Part shown: positions 17,733-26,063 of the stretch, in pieces | How positions within the stretch are numbered: the stretch's first letter is position 1 | Layout of the letters: every line of letters begins with the position of its first letter | Assembly: GCA_021796335.1 (NCBI GenBank) | Contig: JAJYHZ010000001.1 | Coordinates: forward strand, 219,454-283,453 | DNA: 64,000 bases | Reading direction: 5' to 3' | Source: a bacterium | Lineage (GTDB): Bacteria > Patescibacteriota > Minisyncoccia > UBA6257 > UBA9933 | Notes under the pieces: model-generated | What the model saw: only the letters and a program-made list of their open reading frames with translations | What the model was told of the DNA's origin: nothing | Database searches by the model: none | Made by a program: the position numbers and the translations under genes

Positions 17733-18068
17733 TTAAACTTGTAATAACTTAAATTTTATAATTTTTACCAAAGTTTCAGAATTGACCTTATCGCCGTAAT
17801 ATTTTTGATAAGTTTCCATCATCTCTTCATGGTTTCCGAACTTTTCATGGCCGATGTAGTCCGTTTCGTTTAATTCTTTCATCGGTTTTTCTTCTAATTC
17901 GATAATTTCCGCTTCTCCGAATTTTTCGCCCGTTTCCCAATTTATCAGATTAATTTTATCGCCTATCCGCAAGTCCTTATCATCAAACAACCTCCAAGTC
18001 ACATCCTTCCTGCCTTCTAAAATTTCTGTTGCCAAAAATGGCCTGAATTTAAGCGATTTTATAACCAT
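17733..18068 (-). CDS. ASCH domain protein
   Basis: 111 aa. LKFRPFLATEILEGRKDVTWRLFDDKDLRIGDKINL matches the ASCH fold pattern. Confidence 0.5.
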   Translation of the reverse strand: MVIKSLKFRPFLATEILEGRKDVTWRLFDDKDLRIGDKINLINWETGEKFGEAEIIELEEKPMKELNETDYIGHEKFGNHEEMMETYQKYYGDKVNSETLVKIIKFKLLQV

Positions 18069-18102
18069 AATTTATCATTACTTCCCATAACACTTTTATT
18101 GC

Positions 18103-18501
18103 TTATTGACTATCATGCAAGAATTTCTCCATTTTTATCATATTCACTAATCCGATAGCGTTTTTACCTTTCCTTACAAATCCTAATCTCTGATAAAATC
18201 CCACTGCATTTAAGGTTGCGTTCAAAGAAATTTTTTCTTTGCCAGCATTTTTAAATTTATCTTCCATCACGTCGTACAACCTTCTGCCTATTCCTTGCTT
18301 CAGAAAATCGGGATCAACATTGATTTGATATATTTCACCATCAGCGACTGAATATTGTCCGAATCCAACCAATTTACCTTTTTCTTCCGCCACTATCCAA
18401 TCCGAATTCTGAAATTGATATTTTACATTTTCTTCTAATATATCTCTAAGCCACTCACTTACTGCTTCGGGAGAATAAAATTCAGAATTAACCTCTCTCA
18501 C
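18103..18501 (-). CDS. GNAT family N-acetyltransferase
   Basis: LKQGIGRRLYDVMEDKFKNAG...LNATLNAVGFYQRLGF is an acetyl-CoA binding motif of the Q/RxxGxG/A type. Confidence 0.7.
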   Translation of the reverse strand: MREVNSEFYSPEAVSEWLRDILEENVKYQFQNSDWIVAEEKGKLVGFGQYSVADGEIYQINVDPDFLKQGIGRRLYDVMEDKFKNAGKEKISLNATLNAVGFYQRLGFVRKGKNAIGLVNMIKMEKFLHDSQ

Positions 18502-18589
18502 AACTTTTTTGTGTAATTCAGTAATAACTTTAGCATCATCTGTTTATATTTAGCAGCGAATCCACAGGTAAAACGAAGTTTTATCTGTG

Positions 18590-18625
18590 GCGAGCGAACC
18601 AAATAAAAAAATGTCACGCTCCGTG
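18590..18625 (-). terminator. putative terminator overlapping the secA stop codon
   Basis: Minus-strand RNA augccac-ggagc-guggcau-like hairpin followed by uuuuuuuauuu. Confidence 0.35.
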
Positions 18626-21154
18626 GCATTTTTTAAACTTTTTCCCCGAGCCGCATGGACAGGGATCATTTCTCCCCACTCCTTCGTATTTTGGATCAAT
18701 GTTTGAATCACTGCTTAACTTTACTGCCGGAACCGGTTCAGCTGCGGCTGATTTTTCATTAGAAAGAATTAAAATACTTTTCCAAACATCGGCGAATACC
18801 CAGTCTTGATAAGATTGAAGCAAATTTTGGAATAGTAAATAACTTTCACGGCGGTACTCGGTCAATGGATCATGCTGTCCGTAAGCCCTGATTCTGACTG
18901 ATTCCCGCAAATCATCCAGACTTTCCAGATGTCCCATCCATAATTTATCCAGAAATGCCAGCAATCTTACACGCACATTAACCTCGACAACCGGATCGAT
19001 TTTTTCGTTTATTTTTTTCAGCAAATACTCCCTGATATCCTCGATTTCCCGGGATTCTTCATCGCCCAAAGCACCCGCTTCAATCAAAAACTTAATCAAA
19101 TCGTTTCTTTCCGGAAACTGTGCGGATAGCCTATCCAATGCGCCCGAAACTATTTCAGTCAACTCTTCTGCTAAATTTTTCACCAGCAAATCATCTCTTT
19201 TTTTATAGATTGCGGTTCTTTGTTTATTTAGAACATCGTCATAATCCAATAAATGCTTTCGAGTATCAAAGTTAAATCCTTCAACCTTCTTCTGAGCTTC
19301 ATTTACGATTTTAGAAACCATTTTAGATTCAATAGGTTGATCTTCCGGCAAATTAAAAGTCTCCATTATTTTTTTGACCCGATCGCCCCCGAAAATCCGT
19401 AAAAGATCGTCGTCCAGCGAGAGATAAAACTGGGTTATACCCGGATCGCCCTGTCTTCCCGAACGTCCTTGCAACTGCTTGTCAATTCTTCGCGCTTCGT
19501 GCCTTTCAGTGCCAATGACAAAAAGTCCGCCCAGATTTTTTATTTTCTGAGCTTCTTCTAAATTCGGCGGATTGCCCCCTAAAATAATATCGACTCCGCG
19601 CCCCGCCATGTTTGTCGCAACGGTTACGCCACTCTTTTTCCCAGCTTGAGCGATAATCTCTCCCTCACGTTCGTTATTCTTAGCGTTCAAAGCTTCATGA
19701 GAAATTCCGGATCTTTTCAGTAAATCGGAAATAATTTCGTTTTTTTCGATCGAAGTCGAACCGATTAAAACTGGCTGTCCCGATTGATGCAGTTCTCTTA
19801 CTTTCTTCACCAGCGCCGCGTACTTTGCTTTGGAATTTTTATAAATCAAATCCGGCATGTCTTTTCGAATCATCTGCTTGTTTGTCGGTATGCTAACAAC
19901 CTCAAGTTTATAAACTTTATGGAATTCTTCCGCTGAAGTCTGCGCCGTACCGGTCATTCCAGAAATTTTTTCGTACAAACGAAAATAATTTTGAATCGTA
20001 ATTTGGGCATATGTTCGCGATTCCTGCTGTATTTTAACTCCTTCCTTCGCCTCGATTGCCTGATGCAAACCTCCAGAGTATCTTCTGCCCGGCATTAGTC
20101 TTCCGGTAAACTCGTCGACTATAATGATTTCTCCGTTCTTAACCACATATTGCTTATCTTTGTGAAAGAGTCCTTTTGCTTTCAAAGATTCATCAAGATA
20201 ATGGACAAGCTGAAAATTTTCCGGACTGTAAATATTTGATATATTTAACATCTCCTCGACTTTATTGATTCCACTGTCCGTAATCGCAACAGACTTCATT
20301 TTCTCGTCAACATCATAATCCTCATTCTCCTTCAAATTTTGAGCGATTTTCGAAAAAACTCTGTAAAACTCGCTTGATTCCGTATCCGGTGCGGCAATAA
20401 TAAGTGGGGTTCTCGCCTCGTCGATTAAAATACTGTCAATTTCATCTATAATCGCATAACTGTGTCCGTTTTGTACTTTGTCTTCCGGCCGATAAGCAAG
20501 ATTATCGCGTAAATAATCAAATCCGAATTCGTGGTTGGTTCCGTATAAAATATCGGTTTTATACGCTTCTTTTCTGCTGATTGGCCTTAAAAATTCCTTA
20601 AAAACTTTGAAACTGCCTTTTAAATCCCGTTCTGCGTCCGTTTCCTGTTCTTCACTCTTGTCAGGAATGTAAGCCGGATCGTATAAAAATGCACTTTCAT
20701 GCGTTAAACATCCCACAGTTAAGCCTAAAACATTGTAAATTTGGCCCATCCAGACGGTATCGCGCTCGGCTAGATAATCATTGACGGTTATGACATGAAC
20801 TCCTTTCCCTGTCAAAGCATTCAGATATGCCGCCAAAGTGGCGGTTAAAGTTTTTCCTTCACCCGTCATCATCTCGGCTATCTTCCCTTCATGCAAAACA
20901 ATTCCTCCTATAAGCTGCACATCGAAATGCCGCTGTTTGAGGGTTCTTTTGGAAGCTTCCCGAATTAAAGCGAATGCCTGCGGAAGCAAATCTTCCAAGA
21001 TGCTTCCTTCCGAATAAGTTTTCTTCAGTTCAAGACTCTTTTCTTTCAGTTGACCATCGGCAAACGACCCGAATTCCTTCTCAAGCTGATTTATTTTTTT
21101 GATGACCGGATCATAATCATATTCACCGAATATTTTTTTAAATAAATTTGACAT
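18614..21154 (-). CDS. secA: preprotein translocase ATPase SecA
   Basis: 846 aa. It has DEAD-like motor motifs and a C-terminal zinc-binding CPCGSGKKFKKCHG. Confidence 0.9.
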   Translation of the reverse strand: MSNLFKKIFGEYDYDPVIKKINQLEKEFGSFADGQLKEKSLELKKTYSEGSILEDLLPQAFALIREASKRTLKQRHFDVQLIGGIVLHEGKIAEMMTGEGKTLTATLAAYLNALTGKGVHVITVNDYLAERDTVWMGQIYNVLGLTVGCLTHESAFLYDPAYIPDKSEEQETDAERDLKGSFKVFKEFLRPISRKEAYKTDILYGTNHEFGFDYLRDNLAYRPEDKVQNGHSYAIIDEIDSILIDEARTPLIIAAPDTESSEFYRVFSKIAQNLKENEDYDVDEKMKSVAITDSGINKVEEMLNISNIYSPENFQLVHYLDESLKAKGLFHKDKQYVVKNGEIIIVDEFTGRLMPGRRYSGGLHQAIEAKEGVKIQQESRTYAQITIQNYFRLYEKISGMTGTAQTSAEEFHKVYKLEVVSIPTNKQMIRKDMPDLIYKNSKAKYAALVKKVRELHQSGQPVLIGSTSIEKNEIISDLLKRSGISHEALNAKNNEREGEIIAQAGKKSGVTVATNMAGRGVDIILGGNPPNLEEAQKIKNLGGLFVIGTERHEARRIDKQLQGRSGRQGDPGITQFYLSLDDDLLRIFGGDRVKKIMETFNLPEDQPIESKMVSKIVNEAQKKVEGFNFDTRKHLLDYDDVLNKQRTAIYKKRDDLLVKNLAEELTEIVSGALDRLSAQFPERNDLIKFLIEAGALGDEESREIEDIREYLLKKINEKIDPVVEVNVRVRLLAFLDKLWMGHLESLDDLRESVRIRAYGQHDPLTEYRRESYLLFQNLLQSYQDWVFADVWKSILILSNEKSAAAEPVPAVKLSSDSNIDPKYEGVGRNDPCPCGSGKKFKKCHGA

Positions 21155-21219
21155 AATTTTAATTCAAACCCGCCGAGGATCTGTTAATGTAAAAGGATTG
21201 GAACATCGGAAATCAAAAA

Positions 21220-21531
21220 TTATTTTTTCGATTTGAATTTCTCAATCTCAATCTTAAGGATGTCTTTTATTTTGTCGATTGCGGCTCGCACATCTTCATC
21301 TCCGTACTCCGCCCTCAGTGTGCCGCCTTTTATATGCAGATTGACTTTGGCATCATAAACTTTCCCCTGATGATGGTGTTTTGTATTCCTTGAAATTTCA
21401 ACATCGGCTTCCGCCTCTTCTTGGTTTTCCAATCTTGTCAAAAATTTTTCGACGGAGCCGATTTTTTCTTCTATATATTCTTTAATCGCCGGGGTAATCT
21501 CTAAATCCTTGGCCTTTATATTTATTTGCAT
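21220..21531 (-). CDS. hpf: ribosome hibernation promoting factor / RaiA (S30EA family)
   Basis: 103 aa. MQINIKAKDLEITPAIKEYIEEKI...H-rich loop...LRAE fits the YfiA/HPF fold pattern. Confidence 0.75.
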   Translation of the reverse strand: MQINIKAKDLEITPAIKEYIEEKIGSVEKFLTRLENQEEAEADVEISRNTKHHHQGKVYDAKVNLHIKGGTLRAEYGDEDVRAAIDKIKDILKIEIEKFKSKK

Positions 21532-21662
21532 ATTTTTTATTTTTATTGATTTATAGCCGATTAAAAGGCGATAAAAAAATTAATTTAAACCCATTTTAAT
21601 CTGAATAATAATACCATAATATTCCTTCAGCTTCAAATGAAACCATGCAAATAAAATCCATT

Positions 21663-21694
21663 ACAAAAAAACCGCCCCGCTAAACGGGACGGCT
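21663..21694 (-). terminator. strong rho-independent terminator
   Basis: Minus-strand RNA ccgucccg-uuuag-cggggcgg followed by U8. Confidence 0.6.
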
Positions 21695-21706
21695 TTCTCA
21701 AGAGAT

Positions 21707-21775
21707 TTATTTTCTCTTTGATGATTTCTTTTTAGCAGTAGTTTTCTTTTTTGCTGCTTTCTTTTTTGCTGCCAT
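21707..21775 (-). CDS. 22-aa lysine-rich small ORF (MAAKKKAAKKKTTAKKKSSKRK)
   Basis: ATG preceded by AAGGAAG, with a TAA stop followed 12 nt later by the strong terminator. It is too short for the ORF track. Confidence 0.35.
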   Translation of the reverse strand: MAAKKKAAKKKTTAKKKSSKRK

Positions 21776-22108
21776 TTTTTTAATTACTTCCTTTACTTTC
21801 GCATTGGAAGAAATTATTTTTTATTTTCAAAATATTGCCGACCAAACAATTATTTTGAAAATTCTTTTTCCAATAAAATATCTTTTGAATATTTTATCTT
21901 CTTATATTAATTTTGATACAAATGATTTTAAAAAACAATGTGGATAACTCAAATTTTAAAAAAATAAAAATTTAAGGAAAACTTTCAAAAAATTTAAAAA
22001 CTTTCCCCAGGGGACAACGGCGGTGATCCTCCCAGTATTTTTAATTTTGTGAGTGCTCGTCCGTTATCCCAATTTAATTATAGCAAATTTTTTTATTGCA
22101 AACAGGAT

Positions 22109-22744
22109 TCAATTTGAATTGGCGGGAATATTCTCATGTTTTTTAAAAACAATAAACTTGTAGCCGATAAAATTCCAAACCAGAGAAATTATAGTCGCAG
22201 ATAGCGCTCCGACATTGGCCCATCTCGCCGGAGTAAATCCGGCCAAGGGATGAATAACATTGACAATGAAAGAAGCACTAGCAACATTCACGCCGAATCC
22301 GATTACGCTTACCACTAAAAATTGCCCGAACTCTTTCACATTCGCATTCGCTTTGCTTTCGAAAGTCCAGTATTTATTCCAAAGATATGAGTTTATAGTC
22401 GCAACCGTAAACGAAATACCCTTAAAAACTGCATACCAAACTCCCGCAGTTACGGAAAAAGCGATCAATAAGATATTCAATATTCCCAGATCTATAAAAG
22501 TATTTAATGCTCCGGTTGCCGCAAATTTGGCAATCTGCAAAAATACAGGAATTTTTTTCGCGATCAGCGAAGAAATCCAAAGGGCGGCAATCGCAAATAA
22601 AATAAAAAATATTACGATTGCGATTCCCGCAGTTATAGTAATCGGCAAACCGGAAATCTTAATATTCTTTAAAATCGGCAGCGAAAACAATCCGAAAAAA
22701 AATCCGATAATCGATACCAGTAAATAATCTTTTTTTGTCAGCAT
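22109..22744 (-). CDS. GtrA family membrane protein with N-terminal 2-TM extension
   Basis: NTFIDLGILNILL...NSYLWNKYWTF is the GtrA signature. 211 aa. Confidence 0.6.
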   Translation of the reverse strand: MLTKKDYLLVSIIGFFFGLFSLPILKNIKISGLPITITAGIAIVIFFILFAIAALWISSLIAKKIPVFLQIAKFAATGALNTFIDLGILNILLIAFSVTAGVWYAVFKGISFTVATINSYLWNKYWTFESKANANVKEFGQFLVVSVIGFGVNVASASFIVNVIHPLAGFTPARWANVGALSATIISLVWNFIGYKFIVFKKHENIPANSN

Positions 22745-22797
22745 TTTTATTCTTGCCAGGTTTCAATTTATAAATTTGAAAATTTATAAATTATTCT

Positions 22798-23613
22798 CTA
22801 TTGAAGATAATTTATTACTAAATCATTCAAATCCGGATGGCTCTTTAAAATATCGGTGCCGTGCCCGCCGAATTGGAAACTTTTTGTTTCTTTCGCCACG
22901 CCGGCCGGAACCTTGCCATACAACGCTTGAACCTCAGAATTGTTTGATCCGTCATCCTTACTTGTTATGAACACGACCTTTTGGCCGAGCTTCAATTTTT
23001 CAATCAGAGGCGCGGCTTCGATTCCCTTATAATTTAATCCCGGCGAAAATAAAATTGCAGCCGGAAAATTTCCGTTCTCCGCCAGATATTCCAATGATAA
23101 ATTAGCTCCGATTGAAGCACCTATGAGGAAAATCTTGTCCGGCGTTGCTCCTTTACTCTCCAAATAATTAACTGCCGCGGCAATATCCAAAATGCTTTTT
23201 TGTGTATCTTTATTACTAAATTTAAGATAACCGTTCGGACCCCCTTCCGATTCTCCATGCCCCCTTAAATCAATCGCAATACTTTCAAATCCGTTATTTT
23301 GCAGATCGTTTGCCAGACTATTCCAAGATTCTTTAGTTGCGGGCATCATGTGCGTTAAAACTGCCCAACCGGCGGGATTTGTAAATTGCGCCTGATCTAC
23401 CGGAAAATAATCCGCGGCTATGGTTTTATTATCTGAAGTAGTTAAGGTTATTTTTTCCATCGGAGGCAAATTTGACTGTTGAGAATTCTGATTTTGTAAA
23501 GCGCTCTGACTCTGGTTAGAAACGAAAAATAATCCCGATAAACTGAAAATTGTCATTAACCCTATCAATATGATTATAGCACTTGAAGCTTTTTGTTTAA
23601 ATTTAGTTGCCAT
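22798..23613 (-). CDS. alpha/beta hydrolase (membrane-anchored)
   Basis: N-terminal TM helix, GASIG nucleophile elbow (GxSxG) and DLRGHGESEG. 271 aa. Confidence 0.65.
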   Translation of the reverse strand: MATKFKQKASSAIIILIGLMTIFSLSGLFFVSNQSQSALQNQNSQQSNLPPMEKITLTTSDNKTIAADYFPVDQAQFTNPAGWAVLTHMMPATKESWNSLANDLQNNGFESIAIDLRGHGESEGGPNGYLKFSNKDTQKSILDIAAAVNYLESKGATPDKIFLIGASIGANLSLEYLAENGNFPAAILFSPGLNYKGIEAAPLIEKLKLGQKVVFITSKDDGSNNSEVQALYGKVPAGVAKETKSFQFGGHGTDILKSHPDLNDLVINYLQ

Positions 23614-24171
23614 TTAGAATTTTACTTGTACCGGTTCTTTTTCAGATTCGTTTTCCAGCCCGAAAAATTCCTCTTTCGTGAAACCAAACACCCCCGCAAA
23701 TAGATTGGCGGGAAACATATTTATTCGGGTGTTATATTCCATGACATTGCCGTTATAAAACCTTCTGGCAGCTTGCAGTTTATCCTCCGTATCTGTAAGT
23801 TCCCGCTGTAGATCCAAAAAATTGGCATTGGCTTTTAATTCCGGATAATTCTCTGCAACCGCAAATAAAGTCTTTAGAGTTCCGCTTAATGTATTTTCAG
23901 CTCCGGCTCGCTGATCTTTTCCTTGCGCGCCCAAAGCTTGCGCTCGGGCCTGAGTTACATTCTCAAAAACCGTTCTTTCGTGGACCATATAGCCCTTAAC
24001 AGCTTCGATCAGATTAGGGATAAGATCATGCCTCCGTTTTAGCTGAACATCAATATCCGACCAGGCTTCCCTGACTCTGTATCTGTTTCGCACCAGCGAA
24101 TTAAAAGTGAAGATCAGCCACAAAACAATCGCGACTAAAATTATTATTAAAATTGTCGTTAAGTTGATCAT
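23614..24171 (-). CDS. lemA: LemA family protein
   Basis: N-terminal TM helix and ...ENYPELKANANFLDLQRELTDTEDKL.ARRFYN, which are LemA motifs. Confidence 0.8.
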   Translation of the reverse strand: MINLTTILIIILVAIVLWLIFTFNSLVRNRYRVREAWSDIDVQLKRRHDLIPNLIEAVKGYMVHERTVFENVTQARAQALGAQGKDQRAGAENTLSGTLKTLFAVAENYPELKANANFLDLQRELTDTEDKLQAARRFYNGNVMEYNTRINMFPANLFAGVFGFTKEEFFGLENESEKEPVQVKF

Positions 24172-24336
24172 AAAAATTTTTTCTAATAGTTACGGCCTTT
24201 ATTTTGAATTATTATAACAAATTTAATGCAGATTCAATATAGAAAAACCCAGCTTAATTCCATATTATTATTGCCGCTCTATTGTAAACAGCCAATCTAA
24301 CATACAAACGCAGTTTCTCGACCGTAAGGTCATGGG

Positions 24337-24384
24337 AAATCTAATCGTATATTTTGACGATCGTCAAAATATACGATTAGATTT
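24337..24384. repeat. perfect 48-bp palindrome with CGATCG centre
   Basis: aaatctaatcgtatattttgacga|tcgtcaaaatatacgattagattt was verified base by base. It overlaps the uvrC stop codon (24383-24385). Confidence 0.9.
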
Positions 24385-25585
24385 ATGGTTTTAAACTATT
24401 AAATCTTCTTTTCCGCCTGCTTGATTTCAAGGCAAATCTATGAGCTTCGTCTCTCGCTCTTAATAAAATTCCTTTAATGCTTTGGATCAGCTCTTTAGTT
24501 GACTTTCCTGCTTTTGGCGCAAATACCAGAATATCCCCCCCCAGCTTTGATATTCCCACTAACGGAATACTCATATTCAGCTTCTGCAGAATCTTGTAAG
24601 TAAAACTTATCTGCGGTCTTCCTCCGTCAATCATTATTAAATCCGGAAATTGCCATTCAGGATGTTGAAATCTTCGAGTTAAAACTTCCTCTAGGGCACG
24701 CAAATCATCGTTTGCCGGAGCTTCTTTTATTTTAAATAATCGGTATTGTTCTTTGTCAGGCAATCCGTCGGTAAAAACGACCATTGACCCGAAAGTTTCC
24801 TTGCCAGCAAAATGTGAAATATCATATCCTTCAATTCTGTTCAGATTAAAGACTGTAGCCTCCGTCTCTTCCCTCGCTATCAACGAAACATCCTGAACAT
24901 GCCTTAAAGCCGAAATTTTTTCCGGATTATCTTTTTTTAATTTATTTAATAATTGTTTTTTCTCGCCGCGCAAAAATAAGATTATATTTTTTATATTCTT
25001 TTGGTAATCTTCTTTTGAAATTGCTCCGGCGCACACTCCGGGGCATAATCCGATTTGATAATCAAAACATGGCTTTCCCGGAAAAGGATTTGCAGGTTTG
25101 CCCGCCGGCAAACAAGTGCTATAAGGGAAAACCCGTCTTATGATTTTCAACGCGTTTTTGATTAAATTCAGGCTTTGATAAGGACCGAATACGTAAAAAT
25201 CTCCAATTTTCAATCTCCAATTTTCAATTTCCCTGCCGCGTATAATTATCGGCTTCGGATAATCTTCTTTCTTGGAAATTAATACGTATAAAAATGATCG
25301 ATTATCTCTGTCTTTTATATTGTATTTCGGCCAATATTTTTTAATGAGATTCGCTTCCAAAATTATTGCCTCCAGAAGCGTATCCGTTTGGATGTATTTC
25401 ACACACCTGGCCAATTCTACCATTTCTTGAATACGCGGATTTAATGGACGCTGAAAATATTGCGAAATTCTCCGTCGCAAAGAAGTCGCCCTGCCCACAT
25501 ATAAAATCCCACCTTTTTTGTCAATAAATTGATAAACTCCGGGGGTTAATGGAAAATTTTTTATTTTTAGTGAATTCACAGTCAT
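24383..25585 (-). CDS. uvrC: excinuclease ABC subunit C (short form lacking C-terminal HhH)
   Basis: GIY-YIG N-terminus (GVYQFIDKKGGILYVGRATSLRRR) and a central UvrBC/RNaseH-like region (RDEAHRFA). It is only 400 aa. Confidence 0.75.
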   Translation of the reverse strand: MTVNSLKIKNFPLTPGVYQFIDKKGGILYVGRATSLRRRISQYFQRPLNPRIQEMVELARCVKYIQTDTLLEAIILEANLIKKYWPKYNIKDRDNRSFLYVLISKKEDYPKPIIIRGREIENWRLKIGDFYVFGPYQSLNLIKNALKIIRRVFPYSTCLPAGKPANPFPGKPCFDYQIGLCPGVCAGAISKEDYQKNIKNIILFLRGEKKQLLNKLKKDNPEKISALRHVQDVSLIAREETEATVFNLNRIEGYDISHFAGKETFGSMVVFTDGLPDKEQYRLFKIKEAPANDDLRALEEVLTRRFQHPEWQFPDLIMIDGGRPQISFTYKILQKLNMSIPLVGISKLGGDILVFAPKAGKSTKELIQSIKGILLRARDEAHRFALKSSRRKRRFNSLKP

Positions 25586-25694
25586 AAGTAATTATAACAC
25601 TCGATTTGCGATAGAAAGATGCCGAAATTTCTGCTAAAATAATTAAAGAGTCGCAATTCTTTTATTTTAAATTCCATATCAGAAAGAGGCAATT

Positions 25695-26036
25695 ATGGAT
25701 ATCAGAATTCTGGAAGTTAAAGATCTTAAATTTTTTTTCGTTATAATCCTTTTCCCCGTTCTGATAAGAGAAAACAACATTTTCTGGAGTGAATACTTTT
25801 ACAATATTATAATCGCGGAAAATGAAACGGAAGCGAAAAAAATACTTTTAAACTCTCTTCCGCCAAAAAAAGCCGAAATACTGAAAGTTTTAAAAAAACA
25901 AGGCAAGGCGGAATCTGGCTATTACAAAATCCATTTTAAGAAACTAAAAAATCCTGACGGGAAAGGAATTATAAATCTTCCACTTTCCATCCGGTCAAAC
26001 CTTAAAATCGACGATTCCGAATATATTGAAACCTAA
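25695..26036 (+). CDS. hypothetical protein (113 aa)
   Basis: Shine-Dalgarno site gAAGAGGc 5 nt upstream. The GGCC-GCAA-GGCC terminator lies immediately after the stop. Confidence 0.5.
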   Translation: MDIRILEVKDLKFFFVIILFPVLIRENNIFWSEYFYNIIIAENETEAKKILLNSLPPKKAEILKVLKKQGKAESGYYKIHFKKLKNPDGKGIINLPLSIRSNLKIDDSEYIET

Positions 26037-26060
26037 AAAGGCCGCAAGGCCTTTTTTTTA
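26035..26060. terminator. bidirectional terminator (A-run, ggcc-gcaa-ggcc, T-run)
   Basis: aaaaaggccgcaaggccttttttt lies between convergent genes, the hypothetical gene and uvrA. Confidence 0.5.
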
Positions 26061-26063
26061 AGG

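Noticed and set aside
21532-22108. tRNA or other stable RNA gene in the 580-bp spacer after hpf
   Set aside because: No T-loop (GTTCRANYC) or cloverleaf-compatible segments were found. Only the small ORF, its terminator and AT-rich DNA with an 11-bp inverted repeat (tttcaaaata...tattttgaaa) are present.
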